IMG/VR virus record: IMGVR_UViG_3300025848_000037
DNA from: an uncultured virus (IMG/VR IMGVR_UViG_3300025848_000037)
Lineage: Duplodnaviria > Heunggongvirae > Uroviricota > Caudoviricetes
Strand: one strand, 5' to 3'
Length of the DNA stretch: 20,000 bases
Under the pieces are notes generated by a model. That model was given only the letters and a program-made list of their open reading frames with translations, was not told where the DNA came from and did no database searches. A program made the position numbers and the translations under genes. Positions 1 to 8,869 of the stretch are shown here, one piece after another (position 1 is the first letter of the stretch; the number at the start of each line of letters is the position of its first letter).

Positions 1-544
1 CCGTCCAAGCAGCAATCTGAATCACGGCGTTTTCCAACGACGTTTCGTTCAGGTCAGCCTGGGTAGACGGGGTGTTGCTGTTGGTGCCGCCGTTGACCAG
101 CGGGTGAGCGGTGCTGAACAGAGCAACGCCGTCGCCGCCAGTGAACTGGGCGGAGAAACCGTTGTTCAAAACAGCAGCAGCTTTGACCTGCTTGGTGTAC
201 GCCATGGCACGAGCCAGACCCTTGGTGTAACGAGCAGACAGGCTGTCGTACAGGTTGTCTTCGATGGCCTCTTCGGTCAGCGAGAAACCCAGGGCGATGG
301 TTTCGTGGTTGTAGCGAGCAGTCCACGCTTCCTGCGCGTTGTCGTAGCTGATGGCAGAACCTTCAGCCTTGACCGGCGCGGCAGAGAAACCAGAGAGCTT
401 CGTTTCTTCTTCGAAGGAACGCTCGGAGGTTTCGGTTTCGTAGATCTCCTTGTGCTCTTCGCCGTAGCGTTGATACTCCAGACCAAACAGCGCGTTCAGA
501 CCGGGAAGGAGTTCTTTCAGTAGTTGGGCACGAGAAATAGCCAT
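1..544 (-). CDS. Major capsid protein, Mu GpT-like family (N-terminal part; runs off window)
   Basis: Not in the ORF track. Manual translation from ATG at 544 gives MAISRAQLLKELLPGLNALFGLEYQRYGEEHKEIYETETSERSFEEETKLSGFSAAPVKAEGSAISYD...HETIALGFSLTEEAIEDNLYDSLSARYTKGLARAMAYTKQVKAA. RBS TAAGGAG upstream; lies downstream of portal and scaffold. Confidence 0.9.
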   Translation of the reverse strand, partial: MAISRAQLLKELLPGLNALFGLEYQRYGEEHKEIYETETSERSFEEETKLSGFSAAPVKAEGSAISYDNAQEAWTARYNHETIALGFSLTEEAIEDNLYDSLSARYTKGLARAMAYTKQVKAAAVLNNGFSAQFTGGDGVALFSTAHPLVNGGTNSNTPSTQADLNETSLENAVIQIAAWT

Positions 545-557
545 GGTGAATTACTCC

Positions 558-1409
558 TTAGGCGGTGGTGGAGCTGTAGTAGCCATGCACCAACAGGTTC
601 ATCTTCACCAGAATTTCTGGGTACTGGGTGAACACAATGGTGGAAGCTGCCGGGATGTCAGTGCCGGAACCAAGCACGTTCGGCTGGGCGTTGATGGTCA
701 CCGAGGTGGCGCCAGCAGAAGCAGCAGCAGTAACAAACGAACCGGTTTCGATCAACTGACCGTTGGAAGCAAGGTACGCCACATCAGTACCAATCGGAAT
801 GGCGGAGGGAAGACCCGTGCCAGTCAGGGTAATGGTGGTGGTAGACGAACTGCCAGTAGCCGACGTAGTGATGGCGGTATCACCAACAACACCAACGCAA
901 CGAACCGGGAGGATCGAAGTGACGGGGGTGGCGGTGGGAGCCAAAACAGCGTTAGCCGAGTTGCCGGTGCTCAGACTGGACGCCACAGCGGCGTTGTTGA
1001 CCATCGACAGGTTGGTACCAACCAGAGCCAGGGCGCCCGAAGCAACAACGGTCGTGGCCGAGCAAACAACCGCTTTGAACACGGTGTCAGGATCGTCACA
1101 AACCACAGCCTGCGCATCGCCAGCCAGCGTGGAAGCGGGCCAGTATTGCGAGAATTGCTTCTGCTTGGTCAGGGGGTTGGTATAGGTCACTCCCAAGAAA
1201 ACACCAGTAACTTGGTTGCTACCGGTACCGGTGGTCACAGCTGCGCGGGTAATGAAACCACGCGACAGAACCACGAAGTCACCATAAAAGATGTTTGTGG
1301 CGTAACCGTACTGAATGGGCAGGCTGCGGGTAGAACCAGCAAAGACCTGACCACCGATCAAATTGATCGGCTTTAGCCCGTAAGGGGCCGGGATCTGCGG
1401 ATAAGGCAT
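558..1409 (-). CDS. Virion head-associated protein (possible decoration/cement protein), 283 aa
   Basis: APYGLKPINLIGG start; Thr/Ser/Ala/Gly-rich; RBS AGGAG; immediately upstream of the capsid gene. Function inferred from position. Confidence 0.65.
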   Translation of the reverse strand: MPYPQIPAPYGLKPINLIGGQVFAGSTRSLPIQYGYATNIFYGDFVVLSRGFITRAAVTTGTGSNQVTGVFLGVTYTNPLTKQKQFSQYWPASTLAGDAQAVVCDDPDTVFKAVVCSATTVVASGALALVGTNLSMVNNAAVASSLSTGNSANAVLAPTATPVTSILPVRCVGVVGDTAITTSATGSSSTTTITLTGTGLPSAIPIGTDVAYLASNGQLIETGSFVTAAASAGATSVTINAQPNVLGSGTDIPAASTIVFTQYPEILVKMNLLVHGYYSSTTA

Positions 1410-1429
1410 TTACATGCTCCTAAAAATGT

Positions 1430-1879
1430 TTAAGCACCTTTGCCAAAGCTCGTCGAAGACTTGCGTTCATTGAACAGCGGCATCCTCGGGTCACTCTGGC
1501 GCATGAGACTGTTGTCCACCGCGTCCGCTTGAGCTTTGGTCATCTTCTCGAAGTGCTCGATCCGACCCTTCATAAACTCAGTTGGCGCCTTGCAGAGCAG
1601 CAGCCCGCCGATCTCGATGTTGTGCTTGAAGCGACTTTCGGGATCAACTAGCAGTTGCATGTCCGGTTGCTCTTCGATTGCCACCGGCTCCCACCCTTCA
1701 CGGCGCATGCCAGTGATATTGCGGGGGTCAGCTTTGTCGAGAATCGAAACACGAATCCATCGGTACGCATAACCTGGCAGCTTTTCAGGCTCAGGCAGAA
1801 GCTCAGCTCGCGCCCACTGCTTGGGACGCTCTTGAGTTTCACGACTTTCCAGCTCACGCGTTGTACGAGTTTGTGCCAT
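1430..1879 (-). CDS. Conserved phage head-module hypothetical protein, 149 aa
   Basis: YRWIRVS...REGWEPV...IGGLLLCK motifs; between scaffold and head genes. Confidence 0.8.
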   Translation of the reverse strand: MAQTRTTRELESRETQERPKQWARAELLPEPEKLPGYAYRWIRVSILDKADPRNITGMRREGWEPVAIEEQPDMQLLVDPESRFKHNIEIGGLLLCKAPTEFMKGRIEHFEKMTKAQADAVDNSLMRQSDPRMPLFNERKSSTSFGKGA

Positions 1880-1881
1880 TT

Positions 1882-2811
1882 TTAGGCCTCCAATTTCAGT
1901 TTTGCCACAGCATATTGTTCATCGGTCAACCCCAGCTTTTTGGCCAGAGTCCTCTGACTTTCGGTCAGTCGAACACGTTTTGACTGTGTCGTTCGTGTAG
2001 CCGGCGCAACCACCGTGCTTGCTTTTGTAGCCTTTGCAGGCTTTTCGTCGTCTTCCGTTTGGTCCTCAAACCTTTCTGGAAAACGTTTGCGCATCGTATT
2101 ATCAATGCGCCGGTAATATTCTTGCGAAGATACCACAACCCCTTCTTCCTTCAACTGTTCGTGAAGGGCCAGGGCCATGCCGGTCATCAACTTATCTTCG
2201 CCAAACCAGGGATTTTCCTTTTTCCATGCTTCTGCGCTTGGATCAGTTTTAATCCGCTGGACTTGTTGCGCCGGTTGTACTTCAAACTTTTCCTCTTGTA
2301 AAGGGGCCGGTTTGAAATTGGAAACTTTGTCGATCTTAATCGACATTTGATTAAGTTTCTTCTGGGCCTCCAGCACTTTCTCAGAATCGCCAGATTCATA
2401 GGCCTCACGGTATTCCCGCTCCGCCTGCTGCATTTCCATCTCCACCGCCTTTTTAGCGGTTTCAATGACGTTCTTTTGGCTGCTGTTAATCGTCGATTTG
2501 AGTTTGTTGTTTTCCTCAATCAACCGTTTGGCCAGAGCAACAGCTTCTGCCTGCTCACGCATGACAGATTCCTTTTCCCGGCGCTCGTCATGAGCCAGCT
2601 TCTTGAGCTGCAGGAGCTTCTTTTTGACTTTGCTGGAATAGTCCTCCAGCTCATCGTTATATAGCTCCTCTGCTACCTCCTTGGGAAGCGGCTTTTTATT
2701 GCGGTCTTCCTCCGGGGTATCGTCCTCGATTTCAATTTCGAGTTTGTCGTCGTCTTTCGTATCCTCGATTTCATCGGGGAACTTAAATTCTTCATCGCCA
2801 AATTTGGACAT
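1882..2811 (-). CDS. Probable capsid scaffolding protein
   Basis: Acidic N-terminus, long coiled coil, W...NPWFG motif, C-terminal LTESQRTLAKKLGLTDEQYA. Start set at ATG 2811 behind AAGGAGG. Confidence 0.7.
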   Translation of the reverse strand: MSKFGDEEFKFPDEIEDTKDDDKLEIEIEDDTPEEDRNKKPLPKEVAEELYNDELEDYSSKVKKKLLQLKKLAHDERREKESVMREQAEAVALAKRLIEENNKLKSTINSSQKNVIETAKKAVEMEMQQAEREYREAYESGDSEKVLEAQKKLNQMSIKIDKVSNFKPAPLQEEKFEVQPAQQVQRIKTDPSAEAWKKENPWFGEDKLMTGMALALHEQLKEEGVVVSSQEYYRRIDNTMRKRFPERFEDQTEDDEKPAKATKASTVVAPATRTTQSKRVRLTESQRTLAKKLGLTDEQYAVAKLKLEA

Positions 2812-2822
2812 GTGAACCTCCT

Positions 2823-3233
2823 TCACTTACGCCGGATGCCGCGAGGATCGTCCACAGTACCGTCAACCGTATCATCATTGATCATACGGAACTCACGGCC
2901 ATGGATAACCAGGCGCTGACCAGCATTGGGTCGAACAAGAACAAAATCACCCTCCTTGCACCACGGGCCACTGGGGAACCGCTTGGGATCCTTGTAGCAG
3001 TCCGGTCCCAGTGCAACCACGAACAAAACCGTGGCCAGGGTTTCTTCAATCATGATCGTTTCGTCGGCCTTCAACAGGCCTTGCTCAAACTCCTTATCCA
3101 CCTCGGGCAGGGCACACAAAATTTTGTAGCCAGCCGGTTTGGGGAGTTGTTTCCCTTTTTCTTCGGGAGTTGTGGAACTTGTTCCAATAATTACCGGATT
3201 GTCTGGATTAGTCGCCAGTAGGATCTCACTCAT
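2823..3233 (-). CDS. GroES/Cpn10-like co-chaperonin
   Basis: LPKPAGYKIL...VVALGPDCY...WCKEGDFVLV...IHGREFRMINDDTV matches the Cpn10 pattern. Start ATG 3233 overlaps the upstream gene end. Confidence 0.8.
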   Translation of the reverse strand: MSEILLATNPDNPVIIGTSSTTPEEKGKQLPKPAGYKILCALPEVDKEFEQGLLKADETIMIEETLATVLFVVALGPDCYKDPKRFPSGPWCKEGDFVLVRPNAGQRLVIHGREFRMINDDTVDGTVDDPRGIRRK

Positions 3234-3432
3234 CTTGGGTTTCAAGCCTTCGCTGTAGGTCTGTGATGTAGAGACGTGCAGTGAGCAGACCTTTAACCTC
3301 TCCGCACATCTTTTTGTACTCCGCAAAATCCTTGGCGTTATCGTCCGCCAATGCTTCTTGGAGTTGTTGAACCTTGCTGTCGATTTGCGACCTCAAATGT
3401 TCGAACGCTTTGTCAATGAATTGATCATTCAC
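3226..3432 (-). CDS. Small conserved helical protein after portal, 68 aa
   Basis: AKDFAEYKKMCGEVKGL motif; ATG/TGA overlap with portal stop. Confidence 0.75.
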   Translation of the reverse strand: MNDQFIDKAFEHLRSQIDSKVQQLQEALADDNAKDFAEYKKMCGEVKGLLTARLYITDLQRRLETQDE

Positions 3433-5888
3433 TGTTTGGCCTTTTCAGGTTTATTTTGGTTTGCCCGGATCTGGGCAGTTGTCTTGGCTACATCTACGCC
3501 CAGGCGCATGCGGTCAAGTTCTTTTTGAGCAGTGTGCTTTTCGCTGCTTTGCTCAGCTTGGGCACGAATACGCGCAAATTCAATCTCGCGCTGTGACTCG
3601 ATACGAGCCTGTTCCGTTTTGATTTGCGCCGACTTGGCCTGCGCATCAATCTGGATTTTTTGCTGCTTGAGCTGCAGCTCGCCTTCCTTGAGCTTGAGCT
3701 CCTGCTGCTGCATCTGGATGAGCGGATCCTGAGCCATCTGCTCGGCTTGCTGCTGCGCCGCAATAGCCTTGTTCTTGTTGAGCAACTGGCCCGATGCCTG
3801 GGCAATCAGCTTGGCCAACTCAGCCTCAATCTCCGGCGGCAGCTTGTCCTCCGGCGACGGCAACGTAACGCCCATCTGCTCTTCCATTTGCTTGCGGTAG
3901 TGGAAGCCCAGGTGCTCGGCAATGTGCGCCTGCAGGGCTGCGTTGATCGCGTTCACCTGGGGGTTTTGCGCAATCTGCTTGGCCATCAGCGGGTCTTGCA
4001 TAAACATCGTGTGAGCCGCGATGTGTGCATCGTGATCCTGGAAGATGAACGCCTTCATGGGCTTACCACGCAGTGCATTCATGTTCTCGGTAATCGGGTC
4101 CGTCGGCTGCTCGTCATCTTCCAGCGGCACCAGCTTCTGGGCATTCTTGATACCCAAAACATCCAGCATCTGGCGGTGCAGTTGGGGCAGGTCATAGATC
4201 TGCGGCGCCATCTGGGCCAGCTGGATCACCGCCTGGTACTGGACAACCTTCTGCGCCATCGTGGCCGCATTGGGGTCCGACACCGGGATCACATCGACCA
4301 TGTCGTAGTCGGAGCGCTTTGCCTTGCGGCCGCCCTGCTCGGGCTCGTAGCTGTACTCGTCCGGGGTGTAGTCGCGGATGATGTCGCGCAGAAGTTTCAG
4401 CTCTTGCTTGAACGAGTAATGGATCCGCGCCTGGACCGCGGACATCACCTTGAGTTGCCGCTCCAGCAGCGCCAGCGTCGTACCAACAGGGGAGTTGGCA
4501 GACATATCCGCCACCTTCATGTCAGCAGCAGACGCAAACCGGCGGCCTTCGTCAACGATCTTGTCCATCAGCCCCGCAAGAACCTGGCTCGGCTCTTTGT
4601 AGGGCAGCGCCATGATGTTGTCTTTGATCGTGCCGCTGGGAACGTCAACATCACGCCACTCCGCCGGGGCAATCGGGGTATCGTCACCCTTGACGCGCAG
4701 ACCACGGGTTTTGAAACCACCCGGCAGGTTGCTCAGCGACCCCGCATCAACCAATTGGCGCAGGATCGAGGTGCCGGCCTTGGCAAACGCCCCGATCAGG
4801 TGGATCAGGCCAAAGCAGTAAAAGCCAAAGCCCGGGACGTATCCATAGTGGACGTAGTGCTGGCGCTTGGTGTGCTTTTTGTCGCCCGGCTTCCAGTTTC
4901 GGCGAATAGCCAGGCACTTATTACTGCCCTTTTCAATCGTCACGATGTACGGCAGGGCAATGCCCGTCATTTCGCCGCTCTCGTCCTTGTGCTCGTACCC
5001 GGGCAGGTCCAGGTTAACGTTCATCTCCAGCAATTTGTACCGGTCATCGCTGGTAGCGCGGAAACCCATCTTCTCCGCAATCTTTTTCTCCACATCATCG
5101 AGTTCGTTGCTCGGCTCGCCCAGGTCAATATCGAGGTAGAACCCGGCAACCTGCAGTTTGCGCAGGTCGTTCTCGGTCTTCCTCATCACATGGGTCACGC
5201 GCTCGGCGGTTTCGATATCACTGGCCCCGTACGGAACCACAATATCGTCAGCCGGCACGTAAATCGACGTCTGGCGCTCAAGGTTGGGGTCGTAATAGAC
5301 CTTTTTGAACGCGTTACCCGCCAGCCCCAGACCCCAAACCATCCTCTCGTGCTCAGGACGGAACTCAGTCATCACGTCCGTGAGCTGGTAGTTCATGTCG
5401 TCCGCAACGTTGGTCGCGGCTTCGCGTTTTTCGGGAGTTTCTTTCCCAATAATCTGGGTTTTGACAGGCCCCGCAGCGGGGAACGTGGACATAACCGTCT
5501 CAGCCTGGAACTTAACCAGCGCTTCTGACAAAAGTGGGTGGTAAACCCCGCACGCGCCAGGCCAAGGATCCGTTCTTTCCTCGATTTTCAGGCCCAGCAG
5601 CTGCAAACCGTCCACATAGGTCTGCATCCAGTCCCGGCGAGACGAAACATCGTCTTCATAATCACTTACCAAATCACCAACGATGGTCGCAATCGCGCTG
5701 TCGTCCAGATATTCAGCCAAGTTGGCGTCGAAATCGTCTTCAACCCCACCGTCCAGGCTGATTTCCACACCATCCATCTCGATATTGACCTCTTCAGGAT
5801 CAACAATTTCGATCTCAATCTCTGGTTCTTCGCCCGTCGCCAAAGATTCCAAGCCCTCTGGCGCTTCGTATAGTGATTTATCGATCAT
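3429..5888 (-). CDS. Portal protein, P22-like, with C-terminal coiled-coil barrel
   Basis: 819 aa directly downstream of TerL; GNAFKKVYYDP and GFGFYCFGLIHL motifs; Q/A/K-rich C-terminal coiled coil. Confidence 0.85.
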   Translation of the reverse strand: MIDKSLYEAPEGLESLATGEEPEIEIEIVDPEEVNIEMDGVEISLDGGVEDDFDANLAEYLDDSAIATIVGDLVSDYEDDVSSRRDWMQTYVDGLQLLGLKIEERTDPWPGACGVYHPLLSEALVKFQAETVMSTFPAAGPVKTQIIGKETPEKREAATNVADDMNYQLTDVMTEFRPEHERMVWGLGLAGNAFKKVYYDPNLERQTSIYVPADDIVVPYGASDIETAERVTHVMRKTENDLRKLQVAGFYLDIDLGEPSNELDDVEKKIAEKMGFRATSDDRYKLLEMNVNLDLPGYEHKDESGEMTGIALPYIVTIEKGSNKCLAIRRNWKPGDKKHTKRQHYVHYGYVPGFGFYCFGLIHLIGAFAKAGTSILRQLVDAGSLSNLPGGFKTRGLRVKGDDTPIAPAEWRDVDVPSGTIKDNIMALPYKEPSQVLAGLMDKIVDEGRRFASAADMKVADMSANSPVGTTLALLERQLKVMSAVQARIHYSFKQELKLLRDIIRDYTPDEYSYEPEQGGRKAKRSDYDMVDVIPVSDPNAATMAQKVVQYQAVIQLAQMAPQIYDLPQLHRQMLDVLGIKNAQKLVPLEDDEQPTDPITENMNALRGKPMKAFIFQDHDAHIAAHTMFMQDPLMAKQIAQNPQVNAINAALQAHIAEHLGFHYRKQMEEQMGVTLPSPEDKLPPEIEAELAKLIAQASGQLLNKNKAIAAQQQAEQMAQDPLIQMQQQELKLKEGELQLKQQKIQIDAQAKSAQIKTEQARIESQREIEFARIRAQAEQSSEKHTAQKELDRMRLGVDVAKTTAQIRANQNKPEKAKQ

Positions 5889-5896
5889 GCTGGCCC

Positions 5897-7393
5897 TTAA
5901 TAATAGGAAACCCGACGTTTGAATGATACTGGCTCATCAGGCTCGTCAGTTTGAAGGCGGATAAACCCACCCTTTCGGAAACGAATCAGCGCTTGCGTCG
6001 TCGAGTCCACAAGGTCATCGTGATCTGAATACGGGAATGCCGCCATCTCTTCAATTAACTCGTCCGCCCACCTTGTTTCCGGCGCCCATACCTTGCCACT
6101 GGCAAACAAATCGGCCACAGAGTTAATACGGACCATCTTATCATTGCCCCTGCTGGGTGTAAATTCACTTACAGGGATACCCATCGCCCTCAGCTCATAG
6201 ATAAGTGGCGCCCCGGAAGCCTTCGCTTCCACGATAAACGCGTCCGGCTCCCACTCCTTATAGTGGTTAAACGCCTTCTCCTTCAACTCCGGGAACTCCA
6301 TTCGGCGCTTGAACGCATCGAGCAAAATAATGTGGGCGTCGTTTTCGTTCTCGTTCATGTAGAACACCCCCCACGTCGTACACGCCGAATAGTCCGCCCT
6401 CTCACTCTTCGTAAACGCCGTGTCCCAGCTCTGGATCACAAACTGACACTGGGGCGGCCTCTCCTGCTTCCACGCCTTCCACCACTCCCTCTTAATAATC
6501 GCGCCCTCTTCGGACGTCGGCTCCTGCTGGTACTGGGCGTTCCACTTGCTCACCGGCAGTTCAAGCTTCAGAGCTTCGAGCTCCTCCAGGCTCCAGAACT
6601 CCGGCCAAAGTGGCTTTCCACTCGGCAATATCGCAGGGAAGTTAATCACCTCCCAGTGCTCCCCATCCTTATCGATCATCGACTGCAACACCCGGCCCGT
6701 CAGGTCTTTCTTCGACCACCGGGTCATCACGATCACAATCGACCCACCCGGCTGCAGACGCTGCCGCGGGCCAGACGTGTACCACTCATACACCTGGTCA
6801 AACACCTCCGGGTTACTTTGCGCCAACTTGGCTTCCTGCTCGGAATGGGGGTCGTCAATGATGAGTAGATCCGCGCCCTTACCCGTCACCGTACCGCCCA
6901 CACCAATAGCGAAATACTCCCCGTTCCCGTTCGTCGCCCAGCGACCCGCCGCCTTGGAGTCAGCCCTCAAGCTCACATTCGGGAAGATCTCCCCGTACGG
7001 CTGGCTGTCCACCAAGTTCCGCACCTTCCGGCCAAAGCCCACCGCCAGTTCACTCGTGTTCGAGCACTGGATCACCTTCTTATTCGGGTACTTCCCCAAA
7101 AACCAGCTCGGCAGCATGAACGACGCAAACTCACTCTTCGTGTGCCGCGGCGGCATATTAATAATCAACCTCTTCAGCTTCCCCTGGGCAATCTCCTCAA
7201 ACTTCGCTGCCATCACTTTATGGTGCCGCCCGTCAATAAACCCAGGCCACATCGCACGGACAAACTTCCCAAACGACCCCTGCGCCTCCTCCCGGCGTTT
7301 GGCCATCCTCAACTCATGAAGATCCTCAAACACCTGCTCCTGCACATTCAACGGCAACTTCTCTATCGCCCGGGCAATTTCATCTACGTTCAC
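5897..7393 (-). CDS. terL: Terminase large subunit
   Basis: Walker A-like INMPPRHTKS, Walker B LLIIDDPH, coupling motif VMTRW, nuclease acidic motifs SWDTA and HDDLVD. Confidence 0.95.
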   Translation of the reverse strand: MNVDEIARAIEKLPLNVQEQVFEDLHELRMAKRREEAQGSFGKFVRAMWPGFIDGRHHKVMAAKFEEIAQGKLKRLIINMPPRHTKSEFASFMLPSWFLGKYPNKKVIQCSNTSELAVGFGRKVRNLVDSQPYGEIFPNVSLRADSKAAGRWATNGNGEYFAIGVGGTVTGKGADLLIIDDPHSEQEAKLAQSNPEVFDQVYEWYTSGPRQRLQPGGSIVIVMTRWSKKDLTGRVLQSMIDKDGEHWEVINFPAILPSGKPLWPEFWSLEELEALKLELPVSKWNAQYQQEPTSEEGAIIKREWWKAWKQERPPQCQFVIQSWDTAFTKSERADYSACTTWGVFYMNENENDAHIILLDAFKRRMEFPELKEKAFNHYKEWEPDAFIVEAKASGAPLIYELRAMGIPVSEFTPSRGNDKMVRINSVADLFASGKVWAPETRWADELIEEMAAFPYSDHDDLVDSTTQALIRFRKGGFIRLQTDEPDEPVSFKRRVSYY

Positions 7394-7656
7394 TCAATCC
7401 TCCGAAAATTTATATACACAGGCCGTATCGACCTCGCGCTCCCAGGCAACCTCTTACACACCCCCAAATCACACAGCTTCCTCATCACCCTATTCACATT
7501 CCCCCGCCCCCTATCCCCCGTCAACCTCATGATGTCATCCACCGACGGCCCATACCCAAACTTCTTCCACCACTCATCAATACACAAAAACACCACCTTC
7601 TGCTTCGGCGTCATAAGCCTCTCCATCCCACTCTCAACATCCCTTACTCGCTCCAT
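7390..7656 (-). CDS. Stand-alone LexA-type N-terminal winged-helix DNA-binding protein
   Basis: MTPKQKVVFLCIDEWWKKFGYGPSVDDIMRLTGDRGRGNVNRVMRKLCDLGVCKRLPGSARSIR aligns by eye with the LexA DBD (LTARQQEV...GMPPTRAEIA...LARKGVIE...SRGIR). No peptidase domain. Start could be 7656, 7626 or 7614. Confidence 0.75.
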   Translation of the reverse strand: MERVRDVESGMERLMTPKQKVVFLCIDEWWKKFGYGPSVDDIMRLTGDRGRGNVNRVMRKLCDLGVCKRLPGSARSIRPVYINFRRIE

Positions 7657-7913
7657 TCCCCATCCTCCCACGACCGATCCCACTCCCACACCACCACCGG
7701 AGTCCTCGGCCCCACATACGCCCCCTCCACATTGAAATCAATAAACTCCAACGCCTCCTCATCACTCATCCCATCCCTCTCCATCAACACCTTCACTATC
7801 CCCTCCCCCGAATACACCAACCTCTCCACCCTCCCATCATCCATCCACACACTAGCCGTCCCCAATATCGCATCGTCATACCCATCAAACCGAATCAGCC
7901 CCTCCATCTCCAT
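7644..7913 (-). CDS. Conserved phage hypothetical protein, 89 aa
   Basis: DGYDDAILG...EEALEFIDFNVEGAYVGPRTP; RBS AAGGAG. Confidence 0.8.
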   Translation of the reverse strand: MEMEGLIRFDGYDDAILGTASVWMDDGRVERLVYSGEGIVKVLMERDGMSDEEALEFIDFNVEGAYVGPRTPVVVWEWDRSWEDGEWSE

Positions 7914-7998
7914 CTCCTTTATCTGTACTTATCTTTGTAATTGATAAGTATGTTGCACAAATTTATTCCGCCAATTACTAACCCTAATTTTCTATAAA

Positions 7999-8015
7999 TG
8001 GAACAAGTTCCACTC
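7999..8015. promoter_or_regulatory. Second copy of the GTGGAACTTGTTCCA palindrome
   Basis: TGGAACAAGTTCCACTC in the AT-rich gap downstream of terS. Confidence 0.55.
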
Positions 8016-8039
8016 TCAGGATTGGATCAATTTTTATTT

Positions 8040-8783
8040 TTATACCCCCCCATCGGTTTTTTCTAGCGATTCTTTGAGTGGAATACTATGCGAAGGTGCG
8101 CCCCCCGTGGCCGGGCCGGAATGGGCGGGTGGGGGGGCCGTGGGGTCGGCTGGCTGGCCATCGTCGTGGGATGTGCCTGCATCTGTGCGTGCTTGGGCCA
8201 GCTCGGTGAGCAGGTCTAGCCCGGCGTCTGCCTCGACTACCTGTGCGTCCGTGACATCCTTGAGTGTCTCGAGGAGACGCGCCCGGATCTCCCCGCTGCG
8301 CTGGATGGTCGTGATCTCCTTGCGTTCGACGAAAGCCCCGACCTCGAACAGGTTGCCCAACAGCTTCAGGCAGGCCACGCGTTGGGCAGGCGGGAACTCG
8401 GGATCGAGGGAGTGCTGGACGAGTTGCTGGACGAGCAGGGACTTGAGCTGAGCAGGGGTTCGATGTTTCTCTGCCTCGATTGCCAGCTTGTAGGCCTCGA
8501 CCTCTTGCTGGATCCTTGCGTCGGCTGCGAGCTTGTACGGCTGACAGACGATTGTGGACGGAGCTGGTGTTCCCTCTCTACTGTCCCTGTATGCCTGAGC
8601 CTTCGTCTTCCCTAGTGCAAGCTGCCGGGCGAATTCCCTCTGTTTCGTCGTGAGCTGAGCCTTCTTCCCCGGGCCGGACGACAGTAGGTGTTCTACCGGG
8701 AACTGCGTGAGCCCCTCTGCGATCTGCTGCCGGGTCAGCTTCTGTGGTGTCTTCACCTTGCGTGCTGGAGTGCCTGTGTCCAT
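8040..8783 (-). CDS. Probable terminase small subunit
   Basis: LTTKQREFARQLALGKTKAQAYR HTH typical of TerS; CLKLLG motif; upstream of TerL. Confidence 0.7.
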   Translation of the reverse strand: MDTGTPARKVKTPQKLTRQQIAEGLTQFPVEHLLSSGPGKKAQLTTKQREFARQLALGKTKAQAYRDSREGTPAPSTIVCQPYKLAADARIQQEVEAYKLAIEAEKHRTPAQLKSLLVQQLVQHSLDPEFPPAQRVACLKLLGNLFEVGAFVERKEITTIQRSGEIRARLLETLKDVTDAQVVEADAGLDLLTELAQARTDAGTSHDDGQPADPTAPPPAHSGPATGGAPSHSIPLKESLEKTDGGV

Positions 8784-8819
8784 CGTGTCCTACTAGGTAC
8801 GGAGTGAGTATCGGGCCAG

Positions 8820-8847
8820 ATGATACCGCGGCCTTCACCCAGGTCAA
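8820..8847 (-). promoter_or_regulatory. Leftward sigma70-like promoter for the packaging operon
   Basis: Minus strand TTGACC-16 nt-TATCAT, about 37 nt upstream of the terS ATG. Confidence 0.55.
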
Positions 8848-8869
8848 CCGCGGCGTGCCATCCTGACCT

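Noticed and set aside
104..1376. + strand ORFs of 139, 277 and 140 aa
   Set aside because: Antisense shadows of the capsid and head genes.
3624..5528. 634-aa + strand ORF antisense to the portal
   Set aside because: Shadow ORF in codon register with a GC-rich real gene; Leu/His/Arg-rich with no motifs or RBS.
6263..7735. + strand ORFs of 201, 257 and 197 aa opposite terL
   Set aside because: Explained by the C-rich strand bias lowering stop-codon frequency; no coding signals.
8843..8860. Possible sigma54 promoter TGGCACG...TTGA on the minus strand
   Set aside because: Spacing is two bases too long and the -12 GC is missing.
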